Assembly (NCBI GenBank): GCA_017525475.1 | Contig: JAFXST010000028.1 | Coordinates: forward strand, 11,656-75,655 | Reading direction: 5' to 3' | Origin: Kiritimatiellia bacterium | Lineage (GTDB): Bacteria > Verrucomicrobiota > Kiritimatiellia > RFP12 > UBA1067 | Length of the DNA stretch: 64,000 nucleotides | The notes under the pieces: model-generated | What the model was told of the DNA's origin: nothing | What the model saw: only the letters and a program-made list of their open reading frames with translations | The model's database searches: none | In this document: one piece after another, positions 28,462 through 39,478 of the stretch | How the letters are laid out: each line of letters starts with the position of its first letter | Numbering within the stretch: position 1 is the first letter of the stretch | Position numbers and translations under genes: made by a program

Positions 28462-29639
28462 TGCTTGGCGGCGGGAGCGGTACCTTTGTTTTTGCCGCGC
28501 TGCGGCGGTTTGGGCATGAACGGGTTGGAGGCGCCGGCGGCGCTTTTGGCGGTTGCCGTCTCGTAGCCGATCACTACCTGGGCGCCTTCCAGGCTGTCGT
28601 CGAGCACCTGGGTGAACGAAGCGTCGCTGACGCCGAACGCCGGCTGCACCGCCTCGATGTCGCCATCGGCGCCGAGAATCCAGAGCTTGCGCCCTTTAAG
28701 CTCGGTCTCTTTGTCCTTAGGGCGAAATCTGAACGCAGCCTGCGTGACCGCCAAAGCGTCGTCGGCGCGTTCGGTCTCGATGGCCAAGGTGACCGTCATG
28801 CCCGGGAACAGCTTCTCGCCGCGGTTTTCGGCCTCGATGATGATGGGATAGGTAACCACGTTGTTGGTGGTGCTCGAACTGATGCGCACCTGCTTGACCG
28901 TGCCGGTGAACTTGTCGCGGTAGGCGTCGGCGGTAAACTCGACCTTCTGCCCTTCGCGGATGTTGCCCACGTCCGCCTCCGGCACCGACGCCTCGATCCA
29001 GATGGTCTTGAGGTCTTCGGCGATGGTCAGCAGCCCCACCGCGTTCATCGACGACACCACCGTCTGCCCCTCGTCGACCGAGCGGGTTATCACCACGCCG
29101 TCGACGGGGCTCACGATCGTGCAGTAGTCGAGATTGGCCTTGGCCTGGCTGACCGACGCGCGCGACTGCTCCACCGCCGCGCGGGAGGCGGCCAGCTGGG
29201 CCGAGGCGCTGTCGCGCGCCTCGATCGCCGCATCCAGATCCGCTTCCGAGCAAGACAGGGTCTCGCGCAGTTTCTGTTTGCGCGCCAGCGTCTTTTCCGC
29301 CAGCGTCAACGTGGCCTCGCGGAGCATCACGTTGGCCTCGTTCTGGTGGAGCTGCGCCACGGCGCTGTCGTAGTTGGCCTGATAGACCAGCGGGTCGATC
29401 AGCGCCACCACCTGGCCGTTGGTGACCACCGAATTGTAGTCGACGAAGAGCTTGACGATCTTGCCGTTGACCTGCGCGCCGACCTCGACCTTCTTGATCG
29501 GGGTCACCGTGCCGGTGGCCTCGACCGTCGAGACGATGTCGGTGCGGCTTATCGGCGCCGTGCGATAGGCCGGCGGCTTGGGTTTGTTGGCGCCGAACAG
29601 CGAAAACGCCGCCAGCGCGCAAAAGATCGCACCGTTCAT
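28458..29639 (-). CDS. Efflux periplasmic adaptor protein (MacA/HlyD family)
   Basis: Starts MNGAIFCALAAF and has a coiled-coil hairpin plus a beta-barrel. Confidence 0.8.
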
Positions 29640-31051
29640 TGTTCCTCCTCCCCGCCGATATAGTTGGGATATTCGCCCAAGAGCCTGAACAGCCGCGCCT
29701 CGGCGATCTGGGCGGCGTAGAAATTCTGCACCCGGTCGCCCAGGGCCGTGACCATGGAGTTGACCGCGTCGGCATAGTCGAGCTGGTTGCACTCGCCCAC
29801 GAGATACTGCTGGGAAACCACTTCGAAATTCTCCCGGGCCGCCTGGTAGGTGGCCTCGGCCGACGCGCACGCCACCCGGGCGTCGTCGCGGGTGGCTATC
29901 GCCTCGGACAGCTGGCGCGAAAGCTGCTGCTCGGACTCGTCCACGTCCAGGGCCGCCTTCTGCATGGCCACCACCGCCCGGTCGACCGCGGTCACGCCGC
30001 CAAAGCCGGAAAACAGGTTCTGCGTCAAATTGGCGCCCCAGCTCCACCACCACAGCGGATCCGTCCAGTTGATCGACCCCGACAGCGAAAGGCGCGGCAG
30101 CAAATCGGCCCGGGCGGCGTCCACCATCTTCGACGACGCCCTGAGGCGCGCCCGGGCGATTCGCACCGCCGGCGAATTGGTGCGGGCGTATTCGAACGCG
30201 GTTTCGACCGGATAGTCGGTATCCGGGAACGCCCTTACGCAATTGTCGATGGGATTGCCGATGTCGGCCAAGATGTCGTCGCGGTTGGCCTTGGAAACGT
30301 CGAGCCCCAGCACCTTCACGAGTTCCGCGCCCGCGGTCTTGACGGCGTCCTGCCGCACCACCACCTGTTCTTTGGCCTGCGCCAGGTTCTTCTTGGCCTG
30401 CAACAGATCGGACAGTTGGGTCTCGCCGGCGTCCAAGCGCCGCTGCGCCCGCTCCACCTGCACCGCGTTGACGAGTTCGTTGGTGTAGGCGATCTCCAGG
30501 AGCGCATCGGCGCCGAGCACGTTGAAGTACGCCCCGGAAACCTCTTCGAAAATCGAAAACCCGGTCTCCAGCATCGAATGCTCGGCGGCGATGATCCGCT
30601 CCGATTGCGCCAGCGCCCGGGACATGTTGCGACCCCAGTCCCACAGGAGCAGATCCACCGAAAGCGCGGCGGAAGCCTTGCCGTGCTTGGCCCACCTCAG
30701 GCCATGCGAGCGGTCGGCGCTTTCGCTGAAGCCGGCCGAAGCGTCCACCGTGAACGCATGCCATGGATTGTCCGACAGCAGCGGCGCATCGGCGTCGATC
30801 TCCTGGAGCGCCAATCGCGCGTCGTCCAGTTCCAGGAAGCAGGCGGCCATGTCGGGGCGGTTGGCGATGCCGAAGCCCACCAGATCCTCGAGCCCCAGGT
30901 CGGTAAGGTCCAGAAACTCGCTTTCCGCGGCCACGTAATCGTCGCGGCCTTTGTCCTCCAGGGCCTCCTGGGCCTCCTTGGACTTGCGGATGGTTTCGCA
31001 GCCGGCGAACATCGCCAGCGCGGCCAAGGCGATACGATAGCTGTGTTTCAT
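29636..31051 (-). CDS. TolC-family outer-membrane efflux channel
   Basis: Signal MKHSYRIALAALAMFAGC and two OEP repeats. Confidence 0.75.
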   Translation of the reverse strand: MKHSYRIALAALAMFAGCETIRKSKEAQEALEDKGRDDYVAAESEFLDLTDLGLEDLVGFGIANRPDMAACFLELDDARLALQEIDADAPLLSDNPWHAFTVDASAGFSESADRSHGLRWAKHGKASAALSVDLLLWDWGRNMSRALAQSERIIAAEHSMLETGFSIFEEVSGAYFNVLGADALLEIAYTNELVNAVQVERAQRRLDAGETQLSDLLQAKKNLAQAKEQVVVRQDAVKTAGAELVKVLGLDVSKANRDDILADIGNPIDNCVRAFPDTDYPVETAFEYARTNSPAVRIARARLRASSKMVDAARADLLPRLSLSGSINWTDPLWWWSWGANLTQNLFSGFGGVTAVDRAVVAMQKAALDVDESEQQLSRQLSEAIATRDDARVACASAEATYQAARENFEVVSQQYLVGECNQLDYADAVNSMVTALGDRVQNFYAAQIAEARLFRLLGEYPNYIGGEEEQ

Positions 31052-31052
31052 A

Positions 31053-31730
31053 TCAAACGTCTATCCTTATTATCTTGCGGATCATCAGCCAACCGAGCAC
31101 GATCAGCGCGACCATCGCCAGCACGGCGGCGACACCGATCGGCGAAAACAGGAACGGGAGCATCATCTCCGGTTTGAGGAGGGTCATCGCCACCCCCAGG
31201 AAGACCGGCATCAGCGAAACGATAATCCCCTGGAGCCGACCCTGGGCGGTGAGCGTGCGGACCTTGCGCTCGATCTTCATGCGCCCGCGGATGGTGTCCG
31301 AAATCTTGTCGAAGATCTCGGTCACGTTGCCGCCGGTCTTGCGCGAAATGAGAATCGCCGTGCAGACCAGGGAAAAATCCTCGCTGCCGACCCGTTCGTT
31401 CATTGCCTCCAACGCCTCCTCCATGGTCATGCCGATCTTGAGCGACTGCAGCAGGATCTTGAACTCGTCCGCCAGCGGGCTTTCGCCGTTTTCGACCACC
31501 GACTCGAACGACTGGTTGATCGAGAGTCCCGCCCTCAAGGCGTTGTTCATGGTGGCCAGCGCATCCGGCAACTGCTCGTTGAACCGGGCGCGCCGCCGGT
31601 CGTTGAGATAGCGCGCCAACGGCGAGGTCCCCGGTTGCCACGCGGCGTTGAAATTGATGCCGGACAGCAGGCGATAGGCCACGCCCGCGACCATACAGCC
31701 GAAGAGAATTGCTATAATCAGCGGAGTCAC
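31053..31730 (-). CDS. TadB/TadC-like platform protein with a single T2SS-F domain (GTG start)
   Basis: 225 aa. Its GTG start overlaps the cpaF stop (GTGA), and its stop lies 1 nt before the tolC start. Confidence 0.6.
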   Translation of the reverse strand: MTPLIIAILFGCMVAGVAYRLLSGINFNAAWQPGTSPLARYLNDRRRARFNEQLPDALATMNNALRAGLSINQSFESVVENGESPLADEFKILLQSLKIGMTMEEALEAMNERVGSEDFSLVCTAILISRKTGGNVTEIFDKISDTIRGRMKIERKVRTLTAQGRLQGIIVSLMPVFLGVAMTLLKPEMMLPFLFSPIGVAAVLAMVALIVLGWLMIRKIIRIDV

Positions 31731-33382
31731 GTCGCAAACATCCCCTTGTCCACGTTGATGCCGCGCTGGGCGAGATCGTCGAAGAAGCTCGGCATCAGCC
31801 CGGTGGGCTTGAACTTGCCCACGATCCGGCCCTTGCCGTCGATACCGGTCTGCTCGAACACGAAAATATCCTGCATCACGATCTGGCTGCCTTCCATGCC
31901 GGTGACTTCGCTGATGGCCATCACCCGCCGGGAACCGTCGGAAAGACGGGCTTCGTGGATGATGATGTCGACCGCCGAGGCGATCTGGTCGCGGATGGCC
32001 TTGCTCGGCAGTTCCATGCCGCTCATCAGCACCATCGTCTCCAGACGCGAAATCACGTCGCGCGGCGAATTGGCGTGCACGGTCGTCAGCGATCCGTCGT
32101 GGCCGGTATTCATGGCCTGGAGCATGTCCAAGGCCTCGCCGCCGCGGCATTCGCCGACGATGATCCGGTCCGGGCGCATGCGCAGGGAATTGCGCACCAG
32201 ATCGCGGATGGTAACCGCCCCCTTGCCCTCGATGTTCGCCGGGCGCGACTCGAGGCGCACCACGTGCGGCTGCTGGAGCCGCAGTTCGGCCGCGTCTTCG
32301 ATGGTCACGATGCGCTCGCGCGAAGGTATGAACCCGGAGAGCAAATTGAGCAGCGTGGTCTTGCCCGAACCCGTGCCGCCGGCCACGATGATGTTCTTGC
32401 GCATTTCCACGCACAGCCGCATGAAATCGGCCGCCGCCTGGTTCCAGGTGCCGAAACGGATGAAGTCCTCGGCCGTCAGCGCCTCCTTGGCGAATTTGCG
32501 GATGGTGATCGTCGGCCCCGAGAGCGCCAGCGGCGGGATGATGGCGTTGACGCGCGACCCGTCCGGCAAGCGCGCGTCCACGTACGGCTGGCTCTCGTCG
32601 ATGCGCCGGCCGAGCGGCGCCACGATGCGTTCGATCACCGCCATCACCGAAGCTTCGTCGGTGAACTGCTGCGGCGACAGCTCCAGCCGCCCGTTGCGCT
32701 CCACGTACACCTTTTCGGGGCCGTTGACCATGATTTCCGAAACCGTATCGTCCTCGAGCAGATCTTCCAGCGGGCCTAGCCGCATGGACTCGTTGAACAC
32801 GTCCTGCTCCAGCAAGTCCGGGTCGATGCCCTCAGGCATCCGGCCGCGGCCCAGAACCTCACCCACGATTTCGCTTATCTTGTTGCGGGCGGTTTCCTCG
32901 AGCCCGTCCTTTTCCACGCCGGAAAGCGTCAATTTTTTGAGATCCAGCCGCCGCAGCAGTTCGCGCTGGATCTGCCGCTTGATGTCGGTGTAGTACGGAT
33001 TGGCCGCGGGGGCGGGCTCCGCCTCCGCTTCCGCGTCGTCGTCCGCACCGGCCGCGAACGCGTTCGTGGCCTCGACCGCCGACTCGTCCGCCGCCGCCAC
33101 CGTGTCGGAAACCCGTAGCATCGCCGGCCCGATCTGCACCACGGCCGTCGGCGACAGCGTTACCGGAGAGGAAATCAAATCGCCGTTGACGTAGGTGCCG
33201 TTGGCGCTGCGCAAATCCTCGAGCGTGGCCACGCCGCCGCGTATCGTCAAGAGCGCATGCCGCTCCGAGACTTCCGGCGCCGAGAGCAGAATGCGGCAAC
33301 CGTCGCTGCGGCCGATCAGATAAATCCCGTCGGCCAGTTCCCGGGTTTCGCGATTGCCGTCGATCAGCGTCGTCAACGTCAT
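31727..33382 (-). CDS. cpaF: CpaF/TadA-family secretion ATPase with an N-terminal FHA domain
   Basis: An FHA segment (GIYLIGRSDGCRILLSAPEVSERHALL..GTYVNG) is followed by AGGTGSGKTT (Walker A) and CpaF motifs. Confidence 0.85.
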   Translation of the reverse strand: MTLTTLIDGNRETRELADGIYLIGRSDGCRILLSAPEVSERHALLTIRGGVATLEDLRSANGTYVNGDLISSPVTLSPTAVVQIGPAMLRVSDTVAAADESAVEATNAFAAGADDDAEAEAEPAPAANPYYTDIKRQIQRELLRRLDLKKLTLSGVEKDGLEETARNKISEIVGEVLGRGRMPEGIDPDLLEQDVFNESMRLGPLEDLLEDDTVSEIMVNGPEKVYVERNGRLELSPQQFTDEASVMAVIERIVAPLGRRIDESQPYVDARLPDGSRVNAIIPPLALSGPTITIRKFAKEALTAEDFIRFGTWNQAAADFMRLCVEMRKNIIVAGGTGSGKTTLLNLLSGFIPSRERIVTIEDAAELRLQQPHVVRLESRPANIEGKGAVTIRDLVRNSLRMRPDRIIVGECRGGEALDMLQAMNTGHDGSLTTVHANSPRDVISRLETMVLMSGMELPSKAIRDQIASAVDIIIHEARLSDGSRRVMAISEVTGMEGSQIVMQDIFVFEQTGIDGKGRIVGKFKPTGLMPSFFDDLAQRGINVDKGMFAT

Positions 33383-33383
33383 T

Positions 33384-34178
33384 TCAGTGCCCCAGCTTCT
33401 GCTGCCGTTTGAGGTTCAAGGTTTCGATCTCCTCCCGGATTTTGGCGTAGTCCACCGGCGGCAACTCGCGCTCGAAACTGTTGTCGTTGCGGTTGCGCAA
33501 GGTAAGCACCAGCTTGCCGCGCATCTGTTCGGCGAACGCGAGCATCTCGGCTTCGCGCGGCGAAACCTCCAGCGTCACCGTACTGTAGCCCCGGTTCGGG
33601 CCTTCCAGCTTGGCGGTGGCCTGGCCGGTGGCGAGCACCAGCACGTTCTGCAGGATGGTGCTCGTCACCACGTCGCCCTGCCGCACGGTGCCGTCGGCCT
33701 GCGGGAAGGTAAATGTCCCGATCACGTCCACGTGGTCGTTGGCCTTGACGATGCCCGACACCGACGCCGCGCCCGAACAATTGATCGAAATCGCGCGCAT
33801 CTGCCGCTTGATGTCGCCGGATAGCCCCCGTTCGCCGGGATTGCCGCCTTCGATATCGCTCCAGAACACCACATCGCCCCTCGCATGGCCCAATACCGTC
33901 TTGCGCCCGATGATGTCGTCGACATTCTCCTCGGTTACCGCCTGGCCGCGCATGCCCATGGCCGGCACGGTCTTGACACCCAGATCGGATTTGGCGAGAC
34001 CAGTCCCGGCGGGCGTATCGTTCTTGAAGCACAATACGTCAACCTCGCCGTAGCGCCGGTTGAAATCCTCGCGATCGCGATTGAGCGCCCGTTCGCGTTC
34101 GCCGATATAGAACCTGGCCAGAAACGCCGCCGCGATTCCGGACATCAAGCTCACCACCAGAATAATGTTCTTGGACAT
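33384..34178 (-). CDS. cpaB: CpaB/RcpC Flp-pilus assembly protein (SAF domain)
   Basis: Starts MSKNIILVVSLMSGIAAAFLARFY (TM), followed by a periplasmic SAF-like domain. Confidence 0.65.
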   Translation of the reverse strand: MSKNIILVVSLMSGIAAAFLARFYIGERERALNRDREDFNRRYGEVDVLCFKNDTPAGTGLAKSDLGVKTVPAMGMRGQAVTEENVDDIIGRKTVLGHARGDVVFWSDIEGGNPGERGLSGDIKRQMRAISINCSGAASVSGIVKANDHVDVIGTFTFPQADGTVRQGDVVTSTILQNVLVLATGQATAKLEGPNRGYSTVTLEVSPREAEMLAFAEQMRGKLVLTLRNRNDNSFERELPPVDYAKIREEIETLNLKRQQKLGH

Positions 34179-35944
34179 CAGAACAGCCCCCTCACCTTGC
34201 CGGTTTCGGTATCCACGTCGATGCGCCGGTAGGCCGGCGATGCGGAAGTGCCGGGCATCAGCTTGATTTCGCCGGCGACCGGCACCACCAGGCCCGCGCC
34301 CTTGTAGATGAGCACGTCTTTTACCGGCATGCGCCAGCCCTTGGGCCGGCCCAGCAACTTGGGATCGTGCGAAAGCGAATATTGGGTCTTGGCGCAGCAC
34401 ACCGGCAAATGCGCCGTTTCGGGATCGGCCTCGAACATCTCGAGTTTCTTGAGCGCCTCGCTTTCGTAGTCCACCCCGTCGCCGCCGTAAACTTCCTTGA
34501 CCTGGCGCTCGATGCGCACGCGTAGCGGCTCATTGAGATCGCACAGATACGCGAAGTTATTGGGCTCGTCGCACGCGGCCACCACCTGCCGCGCCAGCTC
34601 CTCGGCGCCTTCGCCGCCCTTGAGCCAGTGGTCCGAAACCGCAAAGCGCGCCCCGGCGCCCTCGGCCACCTTGCGCACCAGTTCGCGTTCGGCCGGGGTA
34701 TCGGTGTAAAAGGCGTTGAGGCACACCACCGGGCGGATCCCGGCGCGCTTGATGATGTCGATGTGCGCAAGAAGATTGTCGCACCCCTTCCCGAGGAGCT
34801 CCAGGTTTTCGGTGGAATACGCCGGATCGAGCGGCAAGCCCGCCTTGACCGCCGGGGCGCCGCCGTGCGCCTTGAGCGCGCGGACCGTGGCCACCAGCAC
34901 CACCGCGTCGGGCTTGAGGCCCGAACAGCGGCACTTGATGTTCCAGAACTTCTCGAACCCCATGTCGGAAGCGAACCCCGATTCGGTGACCACGTAGTCG
35001 CCGAGCGCGCAGGCGAGACGATCGGCCACCACCGAGTTCTGCCCGATGGCGATGTTGGCGAAGGGTCCCGCGTGCACGAACATCGGCTGGCCTTCCAGCG
35101 ACTGCATGAGCGTGGGCTTGATGGCGTTGACCATCAGCGCGCACATGGCGCCGTCCACTTCCAGGTCGCGCGTGGTCACGGGCCGGCCGCTGCGCGAATA
35201 GGCGACGATTATCCTCCCCAGCCGCTCGCGCAGATCCTTGAGGTCGGAGGCCATCGCGAGAATGGCCATCACTTCGGAGGCCACCGAAATGTAGAACCCC
35301 GAGTCGCAGTTGAAGCCGTCGAGCTTGCCGCCGCGGCCGATTTCGATGTTCCGGAGGCCCTGCGCGCAGAAATCCATCGCCCAGCGGAACTGGATGCGTT
35401 CGGGGTCGATGTCGAGCCGCACGAGCCCGCGCTCGGCCAGCCACGCATCGTCGTGGTTGCGCTCGTGCTGCATGCGCGAATTGAGCGCCACCATGGCGAT
35501 ATTGTTGGCGTTGGTGATCGCGTCCATGTCGCCGGTGAGCCCGAGCGACAGCGAGGTGAGCGGCACCACCTGCGCAAGTCCCCCGCCGGCGGCCGAACCC
35601 TTGATGTTGAACGTGGGGCCGCCAGACGGCTGGCGCACGCAGCCGATCACCTTCTTGCCCAGGCGCCCCAACCCCTCCACGAGACCGAGCGTGGTGGTGG
35701 TCTTGCCTTCGCCCAGCGCCGTGGGGGTGATGGCGGTAACGTCGATATACTTGCCCTGGCGCCCCGCGCCCACGCGCTTCAGGACCTTGGTCACGTCGAC
35801 TTTCGCCAGCACCTCGCCGTACGGCGTCCATTCGCCGGGTTCGAGCCCCAGTTCGGCCACCAGGTCCTTGGCGGGCCTGAGGCCCGCGTCTTCGGCAGCC
35901 TCGGCGATCTGCCAGTCTTTCATCTTCGTCGGATCGAGTTTCAT
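34178..35944 (-). CDS. fhs: Formate--tetrahydrofolate ligase
   Basis: Full-length match to FTHFS hallmarks, including the P-loop EGKTTTT. Confidence 0.9.
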   Translation of the reverse strand: MKLDPTKMKDWQIAEAAEDAGLRPAKDLVAELGLEPGEWTPYGEVLAKVDVTKVLKRVGAGRQGKYIDVTAITPTALGEGKTTTTLGLVEGLGRLGKKVIGCVRQPSGGPTFNIKGSAAGGGLAQVVPLTSLSLGLTGDMDAITNANNIAMVALNSRMQHERNHDDAWLAERGLVRLDIDPERIQFRWAMDFCAQGLRNIEIGRGGKLDGFNCDSGFYISVASEVMAILAMASDLKDLRERLGRIIVAYSRSGRPVTTRDLEVDGAMCALMVNAIKPTLMQSLEGQPMFVHAGPFANIAIGQNSVVADRLACALGDYVVTESGFASDMGFEKFWNIKCRCSGLKPDAVVLVATVRALKAHGGAPAVKAGLPLDPAYSTENLELLGKGCDNLLAHIDIIKRAGIRPVVCLNAFYTDTPAERELVRKVAEGAGARFAVSDHWLKGGEGAEELARQVVAACDEPNNFAYLCDLNEPLRVRIERQVKEVYGGDGVDYESEALKKLEMFEADPETAHLPVCCAKTQYSLSHDPKLLGRPKGWRMPVKDVLIYKGAGLVVPVAGEIKLMPGTSASPAYRRIDVDTETGKVRGLF

Positions 35945-36906
35945 AGTCCTACCGCCTTTCTGGCTTGCTCCATTGCCGGGGCCGCCGCCGCCCGCGCTTT
36001 GCGCGCGCCCTCGGCCAGCACGTCCTCGATGTAATCCATGTCCTTGGCGAGTTCCTCGCGCTTGGCGCGGAACGGGTCGAACATGCGGTGATAGGCCGCC
36101 AGCAGCTCCTTCTTGGCGCTGCCGTAGCCGTAGCCGCCCTTGCGGAAGTTGCCGGCCATCTCCGCCGTCTCCGCCTCGGTGGCGAAAAGCTTGTACAGAT
36201 TGTAGATGGCGTTGCCCTCCGGATCCTTGGGCTCCTCCATCGTCCTGGAGTCGGTGACGATGCCCATCACCTTCTTCTTGATCGCCTTGGCGTCCTCGAA
36301 AAGCTCGATGGTGTTATGGTAGCTCTTCGACATCTTCTGCCCGTCGGTCCCGGGGATGGTGGCGACCGTCTCCGGAATATAGGCGTCGGGCAGCTTGAAG
36401 ATCTCGCCGTAGGCGTTGTTGAACTTCTGCGCGAGGTCGCGCGTCACCTCGAGATGCTGCTTCTGGTCCTTCCCGACCGGCACCAGATCGGCGTTCATGA
36501 TGAGGATGTCGGCCGCCATCAGCACCGGATAGGCGAACAGCCCGTGCGTGGCGTCGAAGCCGTGCGCCATCTTGTCTTTGTAGCTGTGGCAACGCTCCAA
36601 AAGGCCCATCGGGCAAAGGCAGGAGAGATACCACGCCAGTTCCTGGACTTCGGGCAGGTCCGATTGGCGGTAGAGCACGGTCCTTTCGGGGTCGATCCCG
36701 CAAGCGAGATAGTCGAGCACCACGTCCCGCGTGGCCCGGCGCAGCGTCTCGCCGTCGCGAACCGTGGTCATGGCGTGGAAATTGGCGATGAACATGAACA
36801 TCTCTTCGCCCGCGTTCTGCAACGTCACCATGTTGCGGATCGCGCCGAAGTAGTTGCCCCAGTGCAGTTTGCCCGAAGGCTGGATACCGGTAAGGATTCT
36901 TCTCAT
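35941..36906 (-). CDS. trpS: Tryptophan--tRNA ligase
   Basis: Starts [21 protein letters not shown] (HIGH-type) and carries KMSKS. Confidence 0.9.
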   Translation of the reverse strand: MRRILTGIQPSGKLHWGNYFGAIRNMVTLQNAGEEMFMFIANFHAMTTVRDGETLRRATRDVVLDYLACGIDPERTVLYRQSDLPEVQELAWYLSCLCPMGLLERCHSYKDKMAHGFDATHGLFAYPVLMAADILIMNADLVPVGKDQKQHLEVTRDLAQKFNNAYGEIFKLPDAYIPETVATIPGTDGQKMSKSYHNTIELFEDAKAIKKKVMGIVTDSRTMEEPKDPEGNAIYNLYKLFATEAETAEMAGNFRKGGYGYGSAKKELLAAYHRMFDPFRAKREELAKDMDYIEDVLAEGARKARAAAAPAMEQARKAVGL

Positions 36907-37718
36907 TTTGCTTCTCCGAAAACCGCTCGCGCGTAGATCCCGCTGGGGCAGACGCCGTCCAGCAGCATTTCGCCCGTCTCGATCCGCGCCGCCGGCCACA
37001 GCTGGGCGAGGATTTTCTCCGCCACTTTGCAGCTCAGCCCCTGCGTGTGCGACGAAAAGAGCACGAACGCCGGGTCGGCGGACAACAGCGACTTGACGAG
37101 CTCCATCGTCTCCTTGAGGTCGCGCTCGATCTTGTACGTTTCGCCGCCGGCCCCGCGCCCGAAAGTCGGCGGATCGAGGATGATCGCGTCGTATTTGCGC
37201 CCGCGCCGCAGTTCCCGGCGCATGAACTTGTGCGCATCGTCCACGATCCACCGGATCGGCCGGTCCTCGAGCGCGTTGAGCCGGGCGTTCTCCCGCGCCC
37301 ACTCCACCATGCCTTTGCTGGCGTCCAGGTGGCACACTTCCGCGCCCGCGAGCGCGCAGGCCATGGTGGAACCGCCCGAATACGCGAACAGGTTGAGGGC
37401 GCTATGGAACTTGCGGCCCGTTATCCACCGCCATTGGTCGCGCTGCTCCGGGAAAATCCCGAGATGGCCGAAATCGGTGCCGCTCAGGCGGAACTTGATC
37501 CCGCACGTCTCGATGGTCCATTCCTTGGGCAGATTCGCCCGCCCGTGCCAGTTGTTGCCGTCTTCGCGGTCGAAACTGGCATCGGCGGCCGCCCACTCGG
37601 CATCGGACAGCTCCCGGCGCCAAAGCGCCTGCGCGCACGGGCGCGCGAGCACGTAGCGGCCGAACCGCTCGAGCTTGCGGCCGTCGCCGCTGTCCAGGAG
37701 CCTGTAGTCGTCGTTCAT
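36903..37718 (-). CDS. Class I SAM-dependent RNA methyltransferase (RlmI/YccW-like catalytic domain)
   Basis: SAM-binding motifs LNLFAYSGG and [10 protein letters not shown]. Confidence 0.6.
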   Translation of the reverse strand: MNDDYRLLDSGDGRKLERFGRYVLARPCAQALWRRELSDAEWAAADASFDREDGNNWHGRANLPKEWTIETCGIKFRLSGTDFGHLGIFPEQRDQWRWITGRKFHSALNLFAYSGGSTMACALAGAEVCHLDASKGMVEWARENARLNALEDRPIRWIVDDAHKFMRRELRRGRKYDAIILDPPTFGRGAGGETYKIERDLKETMELVKSLLSADPAFVLFSSHTQGLSCKVAEKILAQLWPAARIETGEMLLDGVCPSGIYARAVFGEAK

Positions 37719-39454
37719 TTGCCCGGCTTCGTCGCCTCGTCGAAATCCACCCGCAAGGGCACGTCCGGCAGGCACGTATGCTCCGACATGGCCGTTTTGA
37801 GCTCGTCGGCCTTGTCCTCGTCGTACCACCAGTACCCGAATACGCTATCCTCGTCGCCGTAGCGCGACATCACCGCGTCGGGCATGCCGAATTTGTTCCA
37901 GTAGAGGATGCGCTTCTCCGCGATGTTCCACAAAAACGCGTACGGCACCTCCTCGCACACCAGCCGGTCGATTTCCCGGTAGGCGTCGAGCCGCTCCGCC
38001 ATCGTCATCATCCCCTTTTCGCGGGCGATCAGTTCGTCCACCGCCGCCGACTTGAAGCCCACGTAGTTGTTGGAACCCTTGCGGTCGGCTTCGGAACTCG
38101 TCCATTGCGTCTCGGGATTGCGGAAGATGGAGGCGCCCCAGCTGGACCAGGTCATCTCGAAATTGAACTGGTCCATGTCGCGCATCCACCCGGCGAAATC
38201 CTTGCGGGTGATCTCCATGGTGATGTTGCACTGCCTCAGCGCATGGTTGAAGAGCGCCAGGAACTTGTCTTCGGTGCCCGAGCGCGAGAGGAACGTGAAC
38301 TTGAACCCGTTCTCGTACCCCGCTTCTTTGAGGAGCCGCTTGGCCTCCTCGACATCGTACTCGTAGAACCGGTTTTGGCACGGGTGGGCTTCGTCGTACA
38401 GATCGGTGTAGATGGAATTGAGCAGGAAGTACTCCCCGAACATCATGGTGCGGTTCATGGTTTCGCGGTCGATCAGCATGGCCATGGCCTTGCGCACCCG
38501 CACGTCGTCGAACGGCGGCTTGCGCATGTTCATGGCGAACCCCTGGAAGCCGATCGGCGCGTGGTTGGAGACCCGGCGCTTCAGTATCCAGTTGCGGTCG
38601 AACTTCTCCCCGTGCGTCTCGGCCGACATGATGCGCGCCGTATACACGGGATACACGTCGATGGCCCGCTTCTTGAGCGCCTCGAAGGCGTTTTCGTTGT
38701 CCACGTAGTAGCGCATCACCAACCGGTCGAAGTTGCACACGTACTTGCAGCTCGCCATATCCCGGCGCCACCAGTCGAGGTTGCGCGAAAACTCGCTTTC
38801 CACCTGCTCGTCCACCCGCGAGAGCATATAGGGGCCGTTCACCGGGCAGCCGACGAGATCGAGCTTGTTGAAGTCCTGCCCCTCGAAGTAATGCTTGGGC
38901 ATGATGTAGAAAAAGCCGCAGTGCTGCAGATCGCGCCAGTCCTTGGGCGCGCCCGGCTTCTTGCGGAACCGCACGGTGCGCGCATCCAGCACCTGCGGGC
39001 TCTCGAAGAGCCCCAGGATCATCTTCCACGGGCCCGTGTCGTTATGCTGGTCCATGATCGTGTCGAACGTCCACTTCACGTCCTCGGCGGTCACGGGCTC
39101 GCCATCCGACCACCGGGCGTTTTCGTCGAGCACGAACGTAAACACTTCGCCGTCGTCCGAGATGCACCAATGCCGGGCCAGCCCCGGCACGAAATCCAAA
39201 GTCTCGGTGTCTGTGCCGAGCAGCGTCTCGAACATCATCTGGAACGTCATCATCGTGTACGTGTTGTTGTCCACGTACCCGTTGAGGCTCTTGGGCGCCT
39301 GGCCGCCCGAAAACCGGATGGTGCCGCCCTTCTTGGCGAGCGGCGAGGCGATGGGATCGGGCGTATCCTCCCAATCCGGGGCCGGGTACCACGTATCGGC
39401 CATTGCCGCCGCCCCCGCCATCGCCGCCAAAAACGCTATAGTCGTCTTGCTCAT
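37715..39454 (-). CDS. ABC transporter substrate-binding protein, family 5 (peptide/opine type)
   Basis: Signal peptide [19 protein letters not shown] and an SBP_bac_5-like sequence. Confidence 0.7.
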   Translation of the reverse strand: MSKTTIAFLAAMAGAAAMADTWYPAPDWEDTPDPIASPLAKKGGTIRFSGGQAPKSLNGYVDNNTYTMMTFQMMFETLLGTDTETLDFVPGLARHWCISDDGEVFTFVLDENARWSDGEPVTAEDVKWTFDTIMDQHNDTGPWKMILGLFESPQVLDARTVRFRKKPGAPKDWRDLQHCGFFYIMPKHYFEGQDFNKLDLVGCPVNGPYMLSRVDEQVESEFSRNLDWWRRDMASCKYVCNFDRLVMRYYVDNENAFEALKKRAIDVYPVYTARIMSAETHGEKFDRNWILKRRVSNHAPIGFQGFAMNMRKPPFDDVRVRKAMAMLIDRETMNRTMMFGEYFLLNSIYTDLYDEAHPCQNRFYEYDVEEAKRLLKEAGYENGFKFTFLSRSGTEDKFLALFNHALRQCNITMEITRKDFAGWMRDMDQFNFEMTWSSWGASIFRNPETQWTSSEADRKGSNNYVGFKSAAVDELIAREKGMMTMAERLDAYREIDRLVCEEVPYAFLWNIAEKRILYWNKFGMPDAVMSRYGDEDSVFGYWWYDEDKADELKTAMSEHTCLPDVPLRVDFDEATKPGK

Positions 39455-39478
39455 TTGCCTTTATGCTCCTTGCACTTG

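Noticed and set aside
31053-32414. 453-aa minus-strand ORF
   Set aside because: The upstream part overlaps cpaF in another frame. Only the 225-codon GTG-initiated TadB-like gene (31053-31730) was kept.
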